Assembly: GCF_009834535.1 (NCBI RefSeq)
Contig: NC_045697.1
Coordinates: forward strand, 16,742,001-16,806,000
Direction of reading: 5' to 3'
DNA: 64,000 bases
Source: Camelus ferus
Taxonomy: Eukaryota
This document shows positions 51,714 to 63,950 of the stretch, piece by piece (position 1 is the first letter of the stretch; every line of letters starts with the position of its first letter). The translations under genes were made by a program, and so were the position numbers. The notes beneath the pieces are model-generated. The model made no database searches. It saw nothing but the letters and a program-made list of their open reading frames with translations, and was not told where the DNA came from.

Positions 51714-51790
51714 AAATGATAACCCCCAAGACGCGTGTCATTCATTTCACTGCAGTGAAAATAGGTGCGTGGCAGGTTGAGGGAACACTC
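51696..51790 (-). other. PPARGC1A: Alternative first exon 1b (5' end approximate)
   Basis: Minus strand ...GGGTTATCATTTATGGATTCAGCTTTGCAA|gtgagt resembles exon 1b (MLGLSSMDSILK in human/mouse as I recall). Strong donor at 51695; ~13 kb upstream of exon 1a. Confidence 0.88.
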
Positions 51791-51810
51791 AGGACAGGGG
51801 CTCACACGGG

Positions 51811-51860
51811 CTACTTTTTAATTCACAAGGGCATGATGACGTGGGAGGGCACCTGGGAGT
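51811..51860 (-). promoter_or_regulatory. Alternative promoter core: AT-rich box, CRE-like site, E-box
   Basis: ATTAAAAA on the minus strand (51822-51815), TGACGTGG (51837-51844) and CACCTG (51850-51855). A CRE plus MyoD E-box arrangement is described for this promoter. Confidence 0.75.
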
Positions 51861-53261
51861 CACTGCTCAATGAACTCCACAATAGGGCACAAATCTGAAA
51901 CCCAATCTTAGCCAGATATGGACATAAGAGCAAATATATACAGTATCATGTGCTTTCCAACAGCCCTGTGTCTCGAGGGAGCTCTCTGACATCAGCGGGT
52001 GAGACAGGTGGTTCCCCTTCCAACTGTGGAAAATAAAACCCCACTGCAGCAGCACTAAGTAAATATAGCTGTACTGTAATTTTTCCTTGGTGCACGCTCC
52101 CTGTGATTTCTGTCGTGTGATGATACTTTATCCAAGGAACTCATGCAGGGCATCCTTCCATGCTGATAACTGATTAAACATTTGCAAACTGGCTGAAACC
52201 GGCATTCAAGACACGGGTCGAGGACTCTGTTCTGCTGCTCCTGTTAGTAGAACCAGTATTTCTCCTCTCGTTGTCAAGTGTCTGCCCTAACCTCTGCTGG
52301 GATATGTCACCCTTTGTCCCGGGGACTAATACAACTCAACAAAATGACAGAGGAGAGTCAGACCACCTGAAAATCACATGCACAGAGCAGGTCAATACCA
52401 GTCACATCCAGTTCGAGTCTGAGAACTAAAATCAGCTGAGATGTATTAAGCCCTTTGTGGCCACAACTATTTGCTTTTGCATTTAAGAACTGTTAGCAGA
52501 AGAGCACCCTGTAACTTGGGTACAAAATTACTTAATTCAACTTCTATTTCCCTTTCTGAACATAGATACTTTTACACTCTGACAGCCGCTGGCTCTCGGA
52601 GCGTTCTCCTTTTTGTTGTATCTCCTTAGAAACACAAATCTTGTTCCCTGGCAGCGGCGGCTCTAAGTGCTGTACCACAAGCCCAAACGAGCTTCCCCTC
52701 GCAGCTTTAATTCACAGTAAGTGGCATGAAAGGAGGTCAACCCTTCTCAAAAAACACTCCGAGTTCTTCTCCACTTCGGAATCTATTTTGGAAGCCACAC
52801 TCCCTGGGACGTAAAGAGCAGCCTCCCAGTTCGAAATTCAGGCTGTAACTCCTGACAACTTTAGGGAATGGCCCTCCAAGGGGCCAGAGCAGGGTGATGA
52901 TCACAGTTTCAACTCCCGATCATAATTCTCTCAGGAAACTCCTCGAGATGAGAAAGTCAGTGACTGCCACCCCCTCCTTGCCCCCAAATAACCCTCTCAT
53001 TTGAAAACTACTTACGGTATGCATACATGTCATAGCTTTTCTCTCCTGAGGTGTTTATTGAATGCTTAACCCAATAATACCGTCCTAATCCCGGAAGTTT
53101 CCATGGTAACCTACCGCGGTAATAAACAAGTCTGGAGAAAAGGAAAGAGCCTGGTACTCCTGGTCCCCCCTCCCCTTCAACTTTCAAAGAACAGGGTTTT
53201 CTCTACTTCCCTAATGTTCAGAGTTCAGAGTTTTATGAGCTAGAATAAAAATAATAGCAAT

Positions 53262-53497
53262 GACAAAATGAGATCCAACATGCAGTGAATATTTGCTACG
53301 TGCCAAGCGCCGTGCTGAGTACTTGGGTGGATGATCCCACTTGCTTCTCGCGCTAATGCTGGGAGCAAGTACTATCATTAAGGCCATTCTAGGAATGTTT
53401 GCTGAATCTTAGGGAGGTTAAGGAACTTTACTAAAGACTAAAAGCTTAGGTACGTGGGAGACCCAGGACCTGAAGTCAGTGTTGTCTGATTCCAGAC
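53262..53497 (-). mobile_element. MIR SINE (degenerate)
   Basis: CTACGTGCCAAGC.CCGTGCTGAG...GGAGGTTAAG.AACTT...GTCTGATTCCAGA. Confidence 0.7.
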
Positions 53498-54185
53498 ATT
53501 TTGCCGACTGTGTGGAAAAATGGCATTTTGGCTTGTGCCCCCAAGTCCCATAACTGAGACACCTGGGAGTCTCTCCATGAGTCAGAAGGGAACCGCAGCT
53601 TCACATCCAGAAGGAAAGTAAAAACACCGCACACATCTAGCTACAACTGTCAGGGATATTTAAGAAAAGGCAGAACTCACACAGGAACTCAGCCAACATG
53701 TGGCACCCTGCTCCGGTCAAAAGAAGTCATACCACGAATCTCTTTGAATGTGATCTTGTCAATCATTTAAAAGAAGGCCCTTTCTCTGTGGGTCAACCTT
53801 TAAAGCCGACTTGGGGCGTCTGACTCAGATCACTGAGAACACCCCCAGAGAAAAAGAAGCCCTTATTATAATGCCACTCTTCTCCCTAAATGAAATTATG
53901 ACTCCTTTTGAAGATGACAGTTGCAAATAAAGGCCTGATTAGAACATGTTTTGATACCACACGGCAAATGATATTACAATACTCTTCCATGTTCCAATTC
54001 TGCTTCCATGCAAGTCTACACTACGAAGCACAATGTGTGTATCTCACTCCAGAACAGAACTCAGCAGGTAGACCTTACGCTTGACTCTTAATATCAATAA
54101 CTGAACAAACTTACAATATATATTTTATAGCCTTTGCTTGGAAATGTGGTCAAATATGAAAAGGGGGCCATTTAAAACTCATTGT

Positions 54186-54350
54186 AGGGAGACCTCAAGC
54201 AGTAAAGCACATGCTTAGCAAGCACAAGATCCCAGGTTCAATCCTCAGTACCTCCTCTAAAATAAATGAATAAATAAATCTAATTACCTACCTCCCCCTC
54301 CCCGCAAAATGAAATAAAATAAATTAATTTAAAAACCATATTATAAAAAA
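54186..54350 (+). mobile_element. tRNA-derived SINE of camelid type (Vic-1-like) with target-site duplication
   Basis: B box GGTTCAATCC at 54235-54244, body ...CAGTACCTCCTCTAAAATAAAT...CTAATTACC, A-rich tail. Exact 12-bp TSD AAAACTCATTGT at 54174-54185 and 54351-54362, with TT|AAAA at the 5' nick. Confidence 0.85.
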
Positions 54351-57300
54351 AAAACTCATTGTGGTACAAGTCTTCAGAAAAGGAGGCTAAAATATGTGGT
54401 TTTCTAATCTCTGATTTATGAAATAAAGAAAGCAAACTCCACTGAATGTATTTCCTCCCCAAGAAATGTAGGCTTGGAGAACTTTGTGGCTCTGGTCTTG
54501 AAACAGTTACAACTGAGATCTGAAGTACCTGGGTCACCTGGCGGACTACAGGGCCATCATTCAATGGGGCAGGTTCCAAAGTCAATGGCCAAGAATTCAA
54601 AGCCAGAATAGGCTGTGTCCTCTGATACCCTCACACCTCCTGGAGCCTAGAAGAACAAAGGCAAACTGGATGGCCTATGGCCATGTGGGGAGATAGGCAC
54701 GTGTTATTAATTCTGAATTCCTCATGGCCACTATCACTACCACGCCTTAAAAAAAAAAAAAATCAAAGCCACACTGATTGTAACTGAAAAGAAATTAAAG
54801 TTGGATACTTCGGTTTTGTAATATTTTGAGATCTGCTCTGAAGGTAATGATTTAAAAAAGAGAAACTGACTTTCTAAAAGAGCATGAAGCCAAGTTCACA
54901 TTCATGGTCCCTTTCTAGGTATGCAAATTATGCTGCTAGGAACAAACACTTCGAAGCAGAATCTAGTTCAGATGGACGTGGAATACACTCGTCGTGAAGG
55001 CTGTGCCCTCAGCAAGGAGAACCGGATGCAAACATGAGGACGAAGCCACTTCAGTGCACTCCATCTCAGTCCCACCAGCTGAACTGCTTACTTTCTGTGT
55101 CTCCATTTTTCTAGATGTTTCTAAAAAAACATAATATCCACCTCGCAGGCTTGTTGTGGGGGTTCCACAGGATAAGCTGAGGGGATGAAGGTAAGGGGTG
55201 TGCAGAATTAACGCTTCACCTGCAGTGGGAGCTACACAAATGCTCGCTTCCTTCCTTTTCCTTTCCTTTTTCAAGTTTCTCAGATCCAACTATTTCTCTG
55301 TCCCTCCCGGTCTTTCTTCTCCCTCCTTTTCTAAGGTGTTTTTAAATGAAACATATGCAATAAAGTTTCTGTGCCGTTTACCCCGTGGAGTAGACACGGA
55401 GATTTATGAATACATACACGCACATGAGGAGAGGGCTCACGCTTCCCTCTCCGGGGGTGCCCTGCCCACTTACAGAGGGGAGAGAAGAAGTGACAGCTCT
55501 GCTTGGAGCATAAAGTGAGTCTTAGCTCAGTGTGTAAGAGAGGCATTTTTAAAGATCAGAGACTAGTGTGAAAGAAAAACCTGGAAAACTTTTAAGTGGA
55601 AAAAAAATACTGATATTTGGGTTTATTGCCCATGCTTTAGTCATTGCAAGTTTGGGCAAATGTATGAGGAAAGAGATAGTATAAACTGCCAGCAAATGTC
55701 ACTTGCTTCAAAAGAATGAGTGACAGACAATGTCTACATTTTCCAAATGTAAGCATCTCTTTAGGTATTTACAGGCAAAATTATTAAGGACTAAATACAA
55801 AATAAGTCAAAATTTGGGAAATGCAGAAATAGGTGAGATGCAGTAATTTCCCACTCAGGAAAAAACAAAAAACAAACAAATAAATAAACAAGGAAAACCT
55901 GAAAGTTGGTTTACTCATACGCGCCAAAGCTCTCTTTGAATCGCTGCATCATAAAACTACTGTAGAAACACCCAGAGTTCAAAATAAGTAAAAGAAATTA
56001 AACTGGTGACCGGGGAGAGAAAAAGATGTATTCGCAGAATCCATTTCTTGTTTTTCTAATTATTATGAAGAGCCACCACCACTTGAAAGGGGAACAGGGA
56101 AGAGGAAAGAAAACACCTTACTGCTTGGAAAATTATCCACAAAGAATCCGTCTCTGCAATTCATGTCTACAGTCGTTATTTATAGCCTCAGACGGTAACT
56201 CGAGACTTGTCAAAGGGTGCGAAGTGGACTTCCTTCTCCTCTGCATGGGCTCTGCCTCCTAAATGCTAACTGTTCACGATCTTCCCACTTTGTAAAGGTA
56301 GATAAAGTCGCCCCCAAAGATTACAGTCGACAATGAAAGTCCTTGCTAAAAGACTTGGGCCAAAGAACCACTGCAGAACTACACATCACTTATCTGTCCA
56401 CACCTAGCCATCTGGCTGGGAAAATACGTATCTGCCAATGTGTAGATAAAATGGAAAACAGCCAACTGGTGCGAGCTGAGAAATCAATAAGAATCCACTA
56501 TGCTCCAAAAGACGGTCTAGCAACATGCCAGGTGCTTAACCTCTGTAAGGCTGTGTAACTTTCTGCCCAGAAAGTGCTTACAGTCTAAGAGTGAATAGGT
56601 TGGACTCACCGCCGATCAACACACTCACACGTGGACAGAACGACAGCAGATGTGTTGAAGCAGAAGAGATGGGGCTCAGTCAAGGGCCTGAAAATAGATC
56701 TCATTTACCTTATAAACAGCCTAGAATAAGAATGCCAGCCAGACCCTGTGAAGACGTTAGCGGCCCTGCTCCACATGTCATTCAAACGAAAAGCCAAACT
56801 GACTCATTATTAAATTATGTGCATAAGGAGAAGCCCAGAAGAGTTCAGTCCTTCATCACAGTGGCTGTTTCCAATGATTGCTTTAAACAAATGTAACAGT
56901 CTTTCAAAGGAAAAACTCTGGTGCCCCTGCATGGGTGCCCTGCTTTGCTGAGTGCCCTCCTCACTAGTTTAGGGTAGTGTTGGGTAATTCCGTGTGGATG
57001 CCAACATGCAAATATAGGAAAACAGAGACGTCGTTTGCCAGGACATCGTCCATCCATTCATGGGCCCTCTGGTCGAAGTTCTGGGATCCAGAAGAAATGA
57101 TTGTAAGAGACATATGTGGCTGGAAAAGAGCATGTGGATTCCTCTAGCTTTGGGGGAAGCCTGCTGGGACCCCAGAAGGATAAGGGACAGAAAGAGGAAT
57201 TGAAGAGGAGACAGCATTTCCTTTAAAATAACACCTACTTGAAGGCAGAATGAGGCTCTGAAACTTCCTGACTCTTTGAAATGAATGAAGATACTTATCT

Positions 57301-57689
57301 CCCTGGGCCTCTACGAAATCGGGACGACACCACTGTCCTGGTGGAGAATATCAGGATCGGGTTCCCAGCTTGGCACCTGCAGGTATTTGGTTAAATGTTA
57401 GCTTTCCTCAATACTAAGGGGACTAGAAAATAAAAAGTCCTGGTGATAAATGATGAATCATACAAGGCCCAGTGTTAGCTGCGAAGGGAAATACAAAGAA
57501 ACATGAAAAAGTAGTGAGAGCCAAGATCTGGCCCTCGACCAGGCTGTGGGATGCAGCTGCTAATGTGGTATCACTGAAAATCAGTCTTTAACCCACAGAA
57601 TTCCAGGGCGTCACTGGAAGACCAGAGATAAAACATCAATAGTAGTTCAAAATGGAAATAGGCGGTTTTTAAAAAACACAATCCAATGT

Positions 57690-57900
57690 ATGATATCCAT
57701 CATGCATCCACGACTCTTCTAAGTGTTTGTACATATCATCCTACAGAACGGGAACTATTATTATCTTTCATTTTCAGATGGAGAAAGAAACACAGAGAGA
57801 AATTCATGTTCCTGAGGCTACACATCTCATAAGTGGTAAGGTTTGAACTTGAACCTGGGCAGCCTGGTTCCAGAGTGCATGCCCTTATAACCTTTGCCCT
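57690..57900 (-). mobile_element. MIR SINE
   Basis: ACTATTATTATC..CATTTTCAGATG...TGAACCTGGGCAGCCTGGTTCCAGAG. Confidence 0.8.
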
Positions 57901-59182
57901 AAACTGTCTCCCCCTGCTGCCTGACAAAGTGTTTAATCTTTTCTAACTAAATCTGTGTGATGTGTGATGCTGCACAGTCAAATCGGATCAGGCTCCTGGC
58001 CTGGCAGAGCCCACAGTGTAACAGGGATAACAGGACCTGTGAGTCTGGAGCAGCTGTGCAAGAGGAATCTGCTGGACAAAGAGCAGAGAAATCCAGGCTG
58101 CCTGGAAGAGCACAGGGAAGGAGAACAGGCGTCAGCTGAACAGTGCCCTTCTCCCCTCGTCCCTCCTTTGAAACCATCCTCTGTGTGCCCAGCACAGTGT
58201 GGGGCTCACCCCATGGAAATAATTGCCTTTGCCACCTTTTCATTATCAAGATATTTCTTGATAATAGTATTTTCTACCAATTTAACACACAAATAGGAAT
58301 AAAATACAATCTCTCCTTTCTCAAGGAGTTGACGATTTTGTGGGGACAGACATATGAACTTAAATAATTCTACTATGAGTTTACATGGTTTGGGGTGATG
58401 ACCTGAGATGTTGAGGTGACAGACGTGATATGCAATTAGAGTCCTGATCTAATGACACCAACAAGTTCTGATAGTTACCTGACGAGCTTCTTAATGGGCC
58501 ATCGGTCTGACAGTATCTGTTGTTCACTACTGATAAACCGGGGTAAATGACCATGAATTAACCAAGAAACACATGTTAAACTATAATTAGTTGATGCCTT
58601 TCCAATTCAACAAAAGATTGACAGTGCCAACCAATGGACTAGAGAAACTATGATATATGAATATGAATTATCTCATCAGGAAATACAAACTAAAACGCAC
58701 ATCAGGAGGTTCTGGAAAGCACCCATTCTTAAACAAATGCCATTCTCAAGGCTGTTCAGGATCTGAATGCCCCCAAATATTAACAATCACAAACTGATTC
58801 ATCACAGAATGGAAAGACCAAACCACAAAGAAACCATCAGGATTATTTTAAAAAGATATACAGCATGCGAAACTACTTTTTAAGTAGAAAAAATGTCTTA
58901 GGAAAGGTTTAAAAAAAGAAAGAGAGAATTCCAGGTGAAGAGATGGCTTTTTCAAAAGCAGGTTCTCAGTTGCTAGGCCAGGCTGAGCTGAGCGGCAACA
59001 TGGCACACACAGACAGAGCCTCGCGCCCGTGACTCTGATGGTGAGCTTGGCTCAGAGCCACATGACCTGAGGAAAGGTAGAAGGCTCCCTGTGCCTTATT
59101 TCCCTACCTGTAAAATAGGGCTCGCTGTGTCTACCACTTAGGGTCTCAGGAGGACTCTATAAGAATCATAAAAGATAGTAAC

Positions 59183-59545
59183 CTGATTATTTATGGGTCA
59201 GTTCGGCTAGGCTATGGTGCCCAGTTGTCCAAACACTGATCTAGGTGTTGCCGTGAAGGTCTTTTGTAGGTGTAACTGACATCTACAATCAGTTGACCTT
59301 AAGTTAAGCAGATGACCTTCCATAATGTGGGTGGACCTCATCCAATCAATTTAAAGCTGTAAGACCAAAAATTGAGGTTGCCCTAAGAAGAGGGAATTGT
59401 ACATCAAGGCTGTAACCTAGAAATCCTGCCTGAGTTTCCAGCCTGCTAGCCTGTCCAATAGATCGATAGATTTTAGGCTTGCCAGCCTTCCCAATCATGT
59501 GAAGCAATTTTTTCAAATTTCTCTCTCTCTCTCTCTCTCTCTCTC
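59183..59545 (+). mobile_element. MLT2-type (ERVL) solo LTR remnant ending in (CT)n
   Basis: GGCTAGGCTATGGTGCCCAGTTG...CCATAATGTGGGTGGACCTCATCCAATCA...CCTGAGTTTCCAGCCTGC pattern typical of MLT2. Confidence 0.8.
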
Positions 59546-60295
59546 CCCGCCTCCTTTTCCCTCTCCCCTTCCCTTCCCCCATCTCCCTCTATCTCTCTCT
59601 CCCCACCATGTAATAAATAACCATATAGAACGCAGGCCCTTTATCAGCAGTAGATCAACTAGTGAAATGTCTAAAAGCCCAGGAATATAATTTTAATGTA
59701 ATTTCAAAAGTAAATTAGGATTCTCAGAAGAGAGGAAATGCAAAAAAAAAAAAAAAAAGAAAAGAAAGAAAAAGAAATTTAATATTTAAAGCTATTTAGG
59801 ACATAATCTCCATGAAAACAAAGACATTGCCTTGTTCACAGTTATGTCCATAGGTCTAAAATGGTAACTGAACAAGTTAATAAACTTGTGGAAAATGAAT
59901 GGATGCTAGAATTCTATAGCGCCATAGAGCAGATAGGAAATTTTTTCCTATTACTTGGTATCAGCCCAAACCATCTGGCTTCTGAGCTAACAGAGCATCA
60001 TGGAGGAGGCACGTATTGATTCATCTCTCTTTACATCCATCCATTCACAGAACATGGCACTGAGAACCTGGCACTTTCTATGGGCTGTGCTAGCCTTCAG
60101 ACTATGAAGATGAAGAAGGCAAGTCTTCCCTTTGGAGCCCCACAGGCTACTGAGCGAGCAGATGAGTAACCAAGTATAATTGCATTAATAGGTTATGTTG
60201 GAGTAAAGCAATGCAGGAGGTGCTGGGCAAGCTCAGAGAGTGGACACCTAACTTCCTCTGGAAGGGATTCGTTCATTCATCCACCCATTTCTCTG

Positions 60296-61105
60296 TTTTT
60301 ACTGATATATAGTTGATTTACAATGTGTTAGTTTCTGGTGAATAGCATTGTGATTAAGTTATACATATATATTCTTTTTCATTATAGATTATTACAAGCT
60401 ATTGAATATAGTTCCCTGTGTTATACAGTAGGACCTTGTTGTTTATCTATTTTATATATAGTAGTTTGTATATACTAATCCCAAACTCCTAATGTATCCC
60501 TCCCCCTCCTTCCCCTTTGGTAACCATAAGTTTTTCTATCTCTGAGTCCATTTCTGTTTCATAAATAAGTTCATGTGTGTCATTTTTTTAGATTCTACAT
60601 ATAAGTGATATCATATAATATTTGTCTTTGTCTAACTTACTTAGTATAATAATCTCTAGGTCCATCTATGTTGCCGCAAATGGCACCATTTCATTCCTTT
60701 TTTATGGCTGAGTAGTATTCCACTGTGTGTGTGGAATACTTCTTTATCCAATCAACTGTTGATGGACATTTAGGTTGCTTCTATGTACTGGCTATTGTAA
60801 ATAGTGCTGCTATGAACACTGGAGTGCATGTACCTTTTCAAATTAGAGTTTTCTCCAAATATATACCCAGAGTGGGACTGCTAGATCATTTGGTAATTCT
60901 ATTTTTAGCTTTTCAAGAAATCTCAATACCATTTTCCATAGTGGCTGACGCAAATTACACTCCCAACAAATGTGTAAGAGAGTTCCCATTTCTTCACACC
61001 CTCTCCAGCATTTATTTTTTGTAGACTTTTTAATGAGGGCCATTCTTAGCAGCATGAGATGGTACCTCATTGTAGTTTTGATTTGCATTTCTTTGATAAT
61101 TACAT
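60296..61105 (-). mobile_element. 5'-truncated LINE-1 (ORF2 C-terminal remnant plus 3' UTR)
   Basis: ORF track 60843-61109 gives [12 protein letters not shown]...[20 protein letters not shown]...QPLWK, the L1 ORF2 Cys-rich tail; followed by typical L1 3' UTR. Confidence 0.93.
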
Positions 61106-62659
61106 GCATTCATTTCTTAAGTGAATCTTTAAGGTAAACTCTGTGTCAAATATTCTTCTATGCCCTAGGAGTACTCAAATAGCACAATAAATAATAGTTA
61201 AATTGTTAATAATAGTTAAATATTAAATTAGAGTGCTTACTATGTTTCAGACATGTTCTAAGGCTTTTACTTTACTTACAGATTCTCTTCATATCACTAG
61301 GGAATCAGGCATGTGTTTTCCATACTGTTTCCTATAAGACAATCATATTGGCACAAATTCTCATGTTTACTCTTCAAAGAGTTGTTGACCGCCAACTACT
61401 TAGAAGGCACACTGTTAGGCACCAACTTGATTAACACACAATCTCTGCCCTTAAATTTAGTGGAAGAAACTAACATATACACAAATGACTACAATATTGG
61501 ATATATGATGCCAACAGCCTTGCAAAGGCCTTATCATAAGCATAGGGATGCCATCTCCAAAACTTCCCCCAAACTGGAGAATATGATTATGAACATAACC
61601 AACAGAAATGCATTGAGAGTGTTTTGTCCTACTCCATGCAAGAAGAATAAACAGAGAAATATTGTTAACAACATGCATTATGGATAGACCTTCCAAACAA
61701 TATTTAAGAACAAAGCCCTCTCCTTTCTGTGACTAAGGACTAGACTGTATGTTAACTGCAGGTTAACATGGCCCAGACCTAACACAGTGGCTTGGGATGT
61801 CAGTCAACACCAGTGTTTGCACTTACCTTCCAGACACTAACACTAACATAAAATACTATTTCTCGAGATCTCAAAGTTAAATGTTTGAACATCGTAACAG
61901 AAGGTGTTGATATGAATATCTTGCATTATTGATAAGTAGCTTGAATTTGTCATCAATTAGCATCAACTATGTATTGCAACAGTTTCTAAATGCCTTATAA
62001 ATAACTGTAGTTTTAATTACACGGGGAAACTACAACATCCATCAACATTCATGACTCCTGCTAGGTATCGCCATGGTCCCAGAAAGATTCACAGTCACTT
62101 AAAAGGTTACAGCAAGGAAAGAGTTAAAGTTTTTGTATCTTAAAAGAAAAACACCAATTTCCAGGAAACAGAAGTCTAAACTTTCTTGGAAAGAGAGGGG
62201 GAGACAGAGATAGAGACGGAGCCAGAAAGGAAGAAAAAGAAAGAGAGAGAGAGAGAATAGTGAGCACTGGGGAGACAGCAGTACAAGAAAAGGAAGAGTC
62301 CCCAGCCAAATCAGAGATGAGATTATTCAACAGTCAATATGGGTAAAAAGAAGGGGAGATTCCTTTGAACAAAAGGAAAATGGGCTATTTAATTTCTCTT
62401 GTACTTTTCACTGAACCCATTCATTTTTTCAAAGAATATTTAAGATGTATATCTTATCTATTTCCAAGTTAGACACATACAAGACAATAAAAATGAAAAC
62501 CAGATCAAATCAGGTTAAAAGGAGCAAGGAAATAATCACTAGGTATGTACTTGGAATGCACTGCATTTTTTGTAGCTGAGTTCTGAGTTTCCTGGCTATC
62601 TGGACAAAAATCAAAATGTGTTGGGTTAAATAAATATTCAGTATTCAACAAAAGGAGAC

Positions 62660-62912
62660 GGGACTTCCCTGACCTCTCTAAAACAATGATCACCCCATCC
62701 CTACTCCCAGTCATGACTATCTCTATTCCTTCTACTTTTTTCTTCAGTGTTTATCAATATTCTAAATTTTGTATCTTTTGCATATTTTCTGTCCCCTTCC
62801 ACTAGAATGTAAGGTTCATGAGGACAAGAGTCTTGTTCTTTGTTCACTATTTTATCTTAGTTCCTAGAATAATGCCTAGCACCTGGTAGATTATAGGTAT
62901 ATAAATGTTGTC
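62660..62912 (+). mobile_element. L2 3' end
   Basis: CCACTAGAATGTAAG.TTCATGAGG.CA...TTGTTCACT...CCTAGAATAATGCCT.GCAC. Confidence 0.8.
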
Positions 62913-63159
62913 ATGTAGTCAAGAGTGATTTTATTGTCAATACTAAATTCCAGAAGAAATGTATCATGGGGTCCCCTAAATAAATTATACCCATAGACTA
63001 TGAGGTCATGTTGGGGTGGGGAAATAGCAGGCTGACAATCCATGACAAGCATCAAATAAGAGGCACATGCAACTGTGTAGTGACAAGGGAAGGGAATTTG
63101 GAGCCAGAGGAACTAAGTTTGGCTACCAAGGCCACCTCCTCCCACTCTGTGCCTTCTAC

Positions 63160-63410
63160 CAGGCAGCATGGCATCCTTGTGAAGCATGTGGACTCTAGAG
63201 TCAAGCAAACTAGTTTTAAATCCTGGCTCCAGAAACTTAGAAGCTGTGTGACCTTTGGCAATTTACTCAACCTCTCTGTGCCTCAGTTTTTTCATCTATA
63301 AAATACAGATAATAATAGGACTCACCTCAAAGGATTACTGTGATAATTAAATGAGCTTATATGTGTAAATCAATCAGAACATTGCCTAGCACATAGTAAA
63401 ACTAAGTACT
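63160..63410 (+). mobile_element. MIR SINE, near full length
   Basis: GCTGTGTGACCTTTGGCAATTTACTCAACCTCTCTGTGCCTCAGTTT..TCATCTATAAAAT...CCTAGCACATAGTAA. Confidence 0.9.
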
Positions 63411-63559
63411 GGAAATTAATTTGAACTTGTGCCCCTTATTTGTAAAGCATGGATAATAACTACCCTTGGAGTGGTCATAAGAGTCAAATGAACTTAATAT
63501 ATGTTAATGTGCTTAAGGTTTTGAGTGGATGACTTAGTTTTTATCTTCATGAGTGCAGC

Positions 63560-63950
63560 ACATGTTCATCATTAAGTTTTTCAGAAAAGATGGAAAGGAG
63601 ACAGTAAAAGTCTTCTACATTCCACTAAAGAGTAACAACCACTGTTAGCATTTTCTTGTATAAGTTTCCAGATTGCTTTCAATGCCATATCTATATACAG
63701 ATACAGATGTGTTTGTGAAAATATAATTTTTAAATAGCATTAGACACATACAATATACTGCTCTGAAACCTGCTTTTTAAAAACTTATTAGGGGTGTTAT
63801 CTCACATCAGCAAATAGAGATCTGCATCATTCTCTGTAATAGCTGCCTAGTATTCCACTGTATGAAAGTGCCTTGATTTATTTAGCCAATACTCCATTCA
63901 CAGACAGTTATGGAGTTTCCAATTTGTGAAACTGTTTGGTAAACTATAAA
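63560..63950 (-). mobile_element. Ancient L1ME-like fragment
   Basis: TAACAACCACTGTTA...GCTGCCTAGTATTCCACTGTATG...TTATTTAGCCAAT pattern. Confidence 0.65.

Larger units (their letters stand above)
1..51790 (-). other. PPARGC1A: PPARGC1A gene, 5' portion (alt exon 1b/1c, exon 1a, exon 2, part of intron 2); continues beyond position 1
   Basis: Exon 1a and exon 2 translate to the PGC-1alpha N-terminus with canonical phase-0 GT/AG junctions. An exon-1b-like sequence lies ~13 kb upstream, as expected. Confidence 0.97.

Noticed and set aside
51867..52055. ORF beginning MLL near the alternative promoter
   Set aside because: Non-ATG start upstream of the promoter core; coincidental resemblance to the exon 1c MLL N-terminus.
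54186..54260. tRNA-like sequence with B box
   Set aside because: Head of a SINE (TSD, A-rich tail, degenerate A box), not a tRNA gene.
60725..61109. ORFs with protein-like sequence
   Set aside because: Degenerate LINE-1 ORF2 remnant and its antisense, not a host gene.
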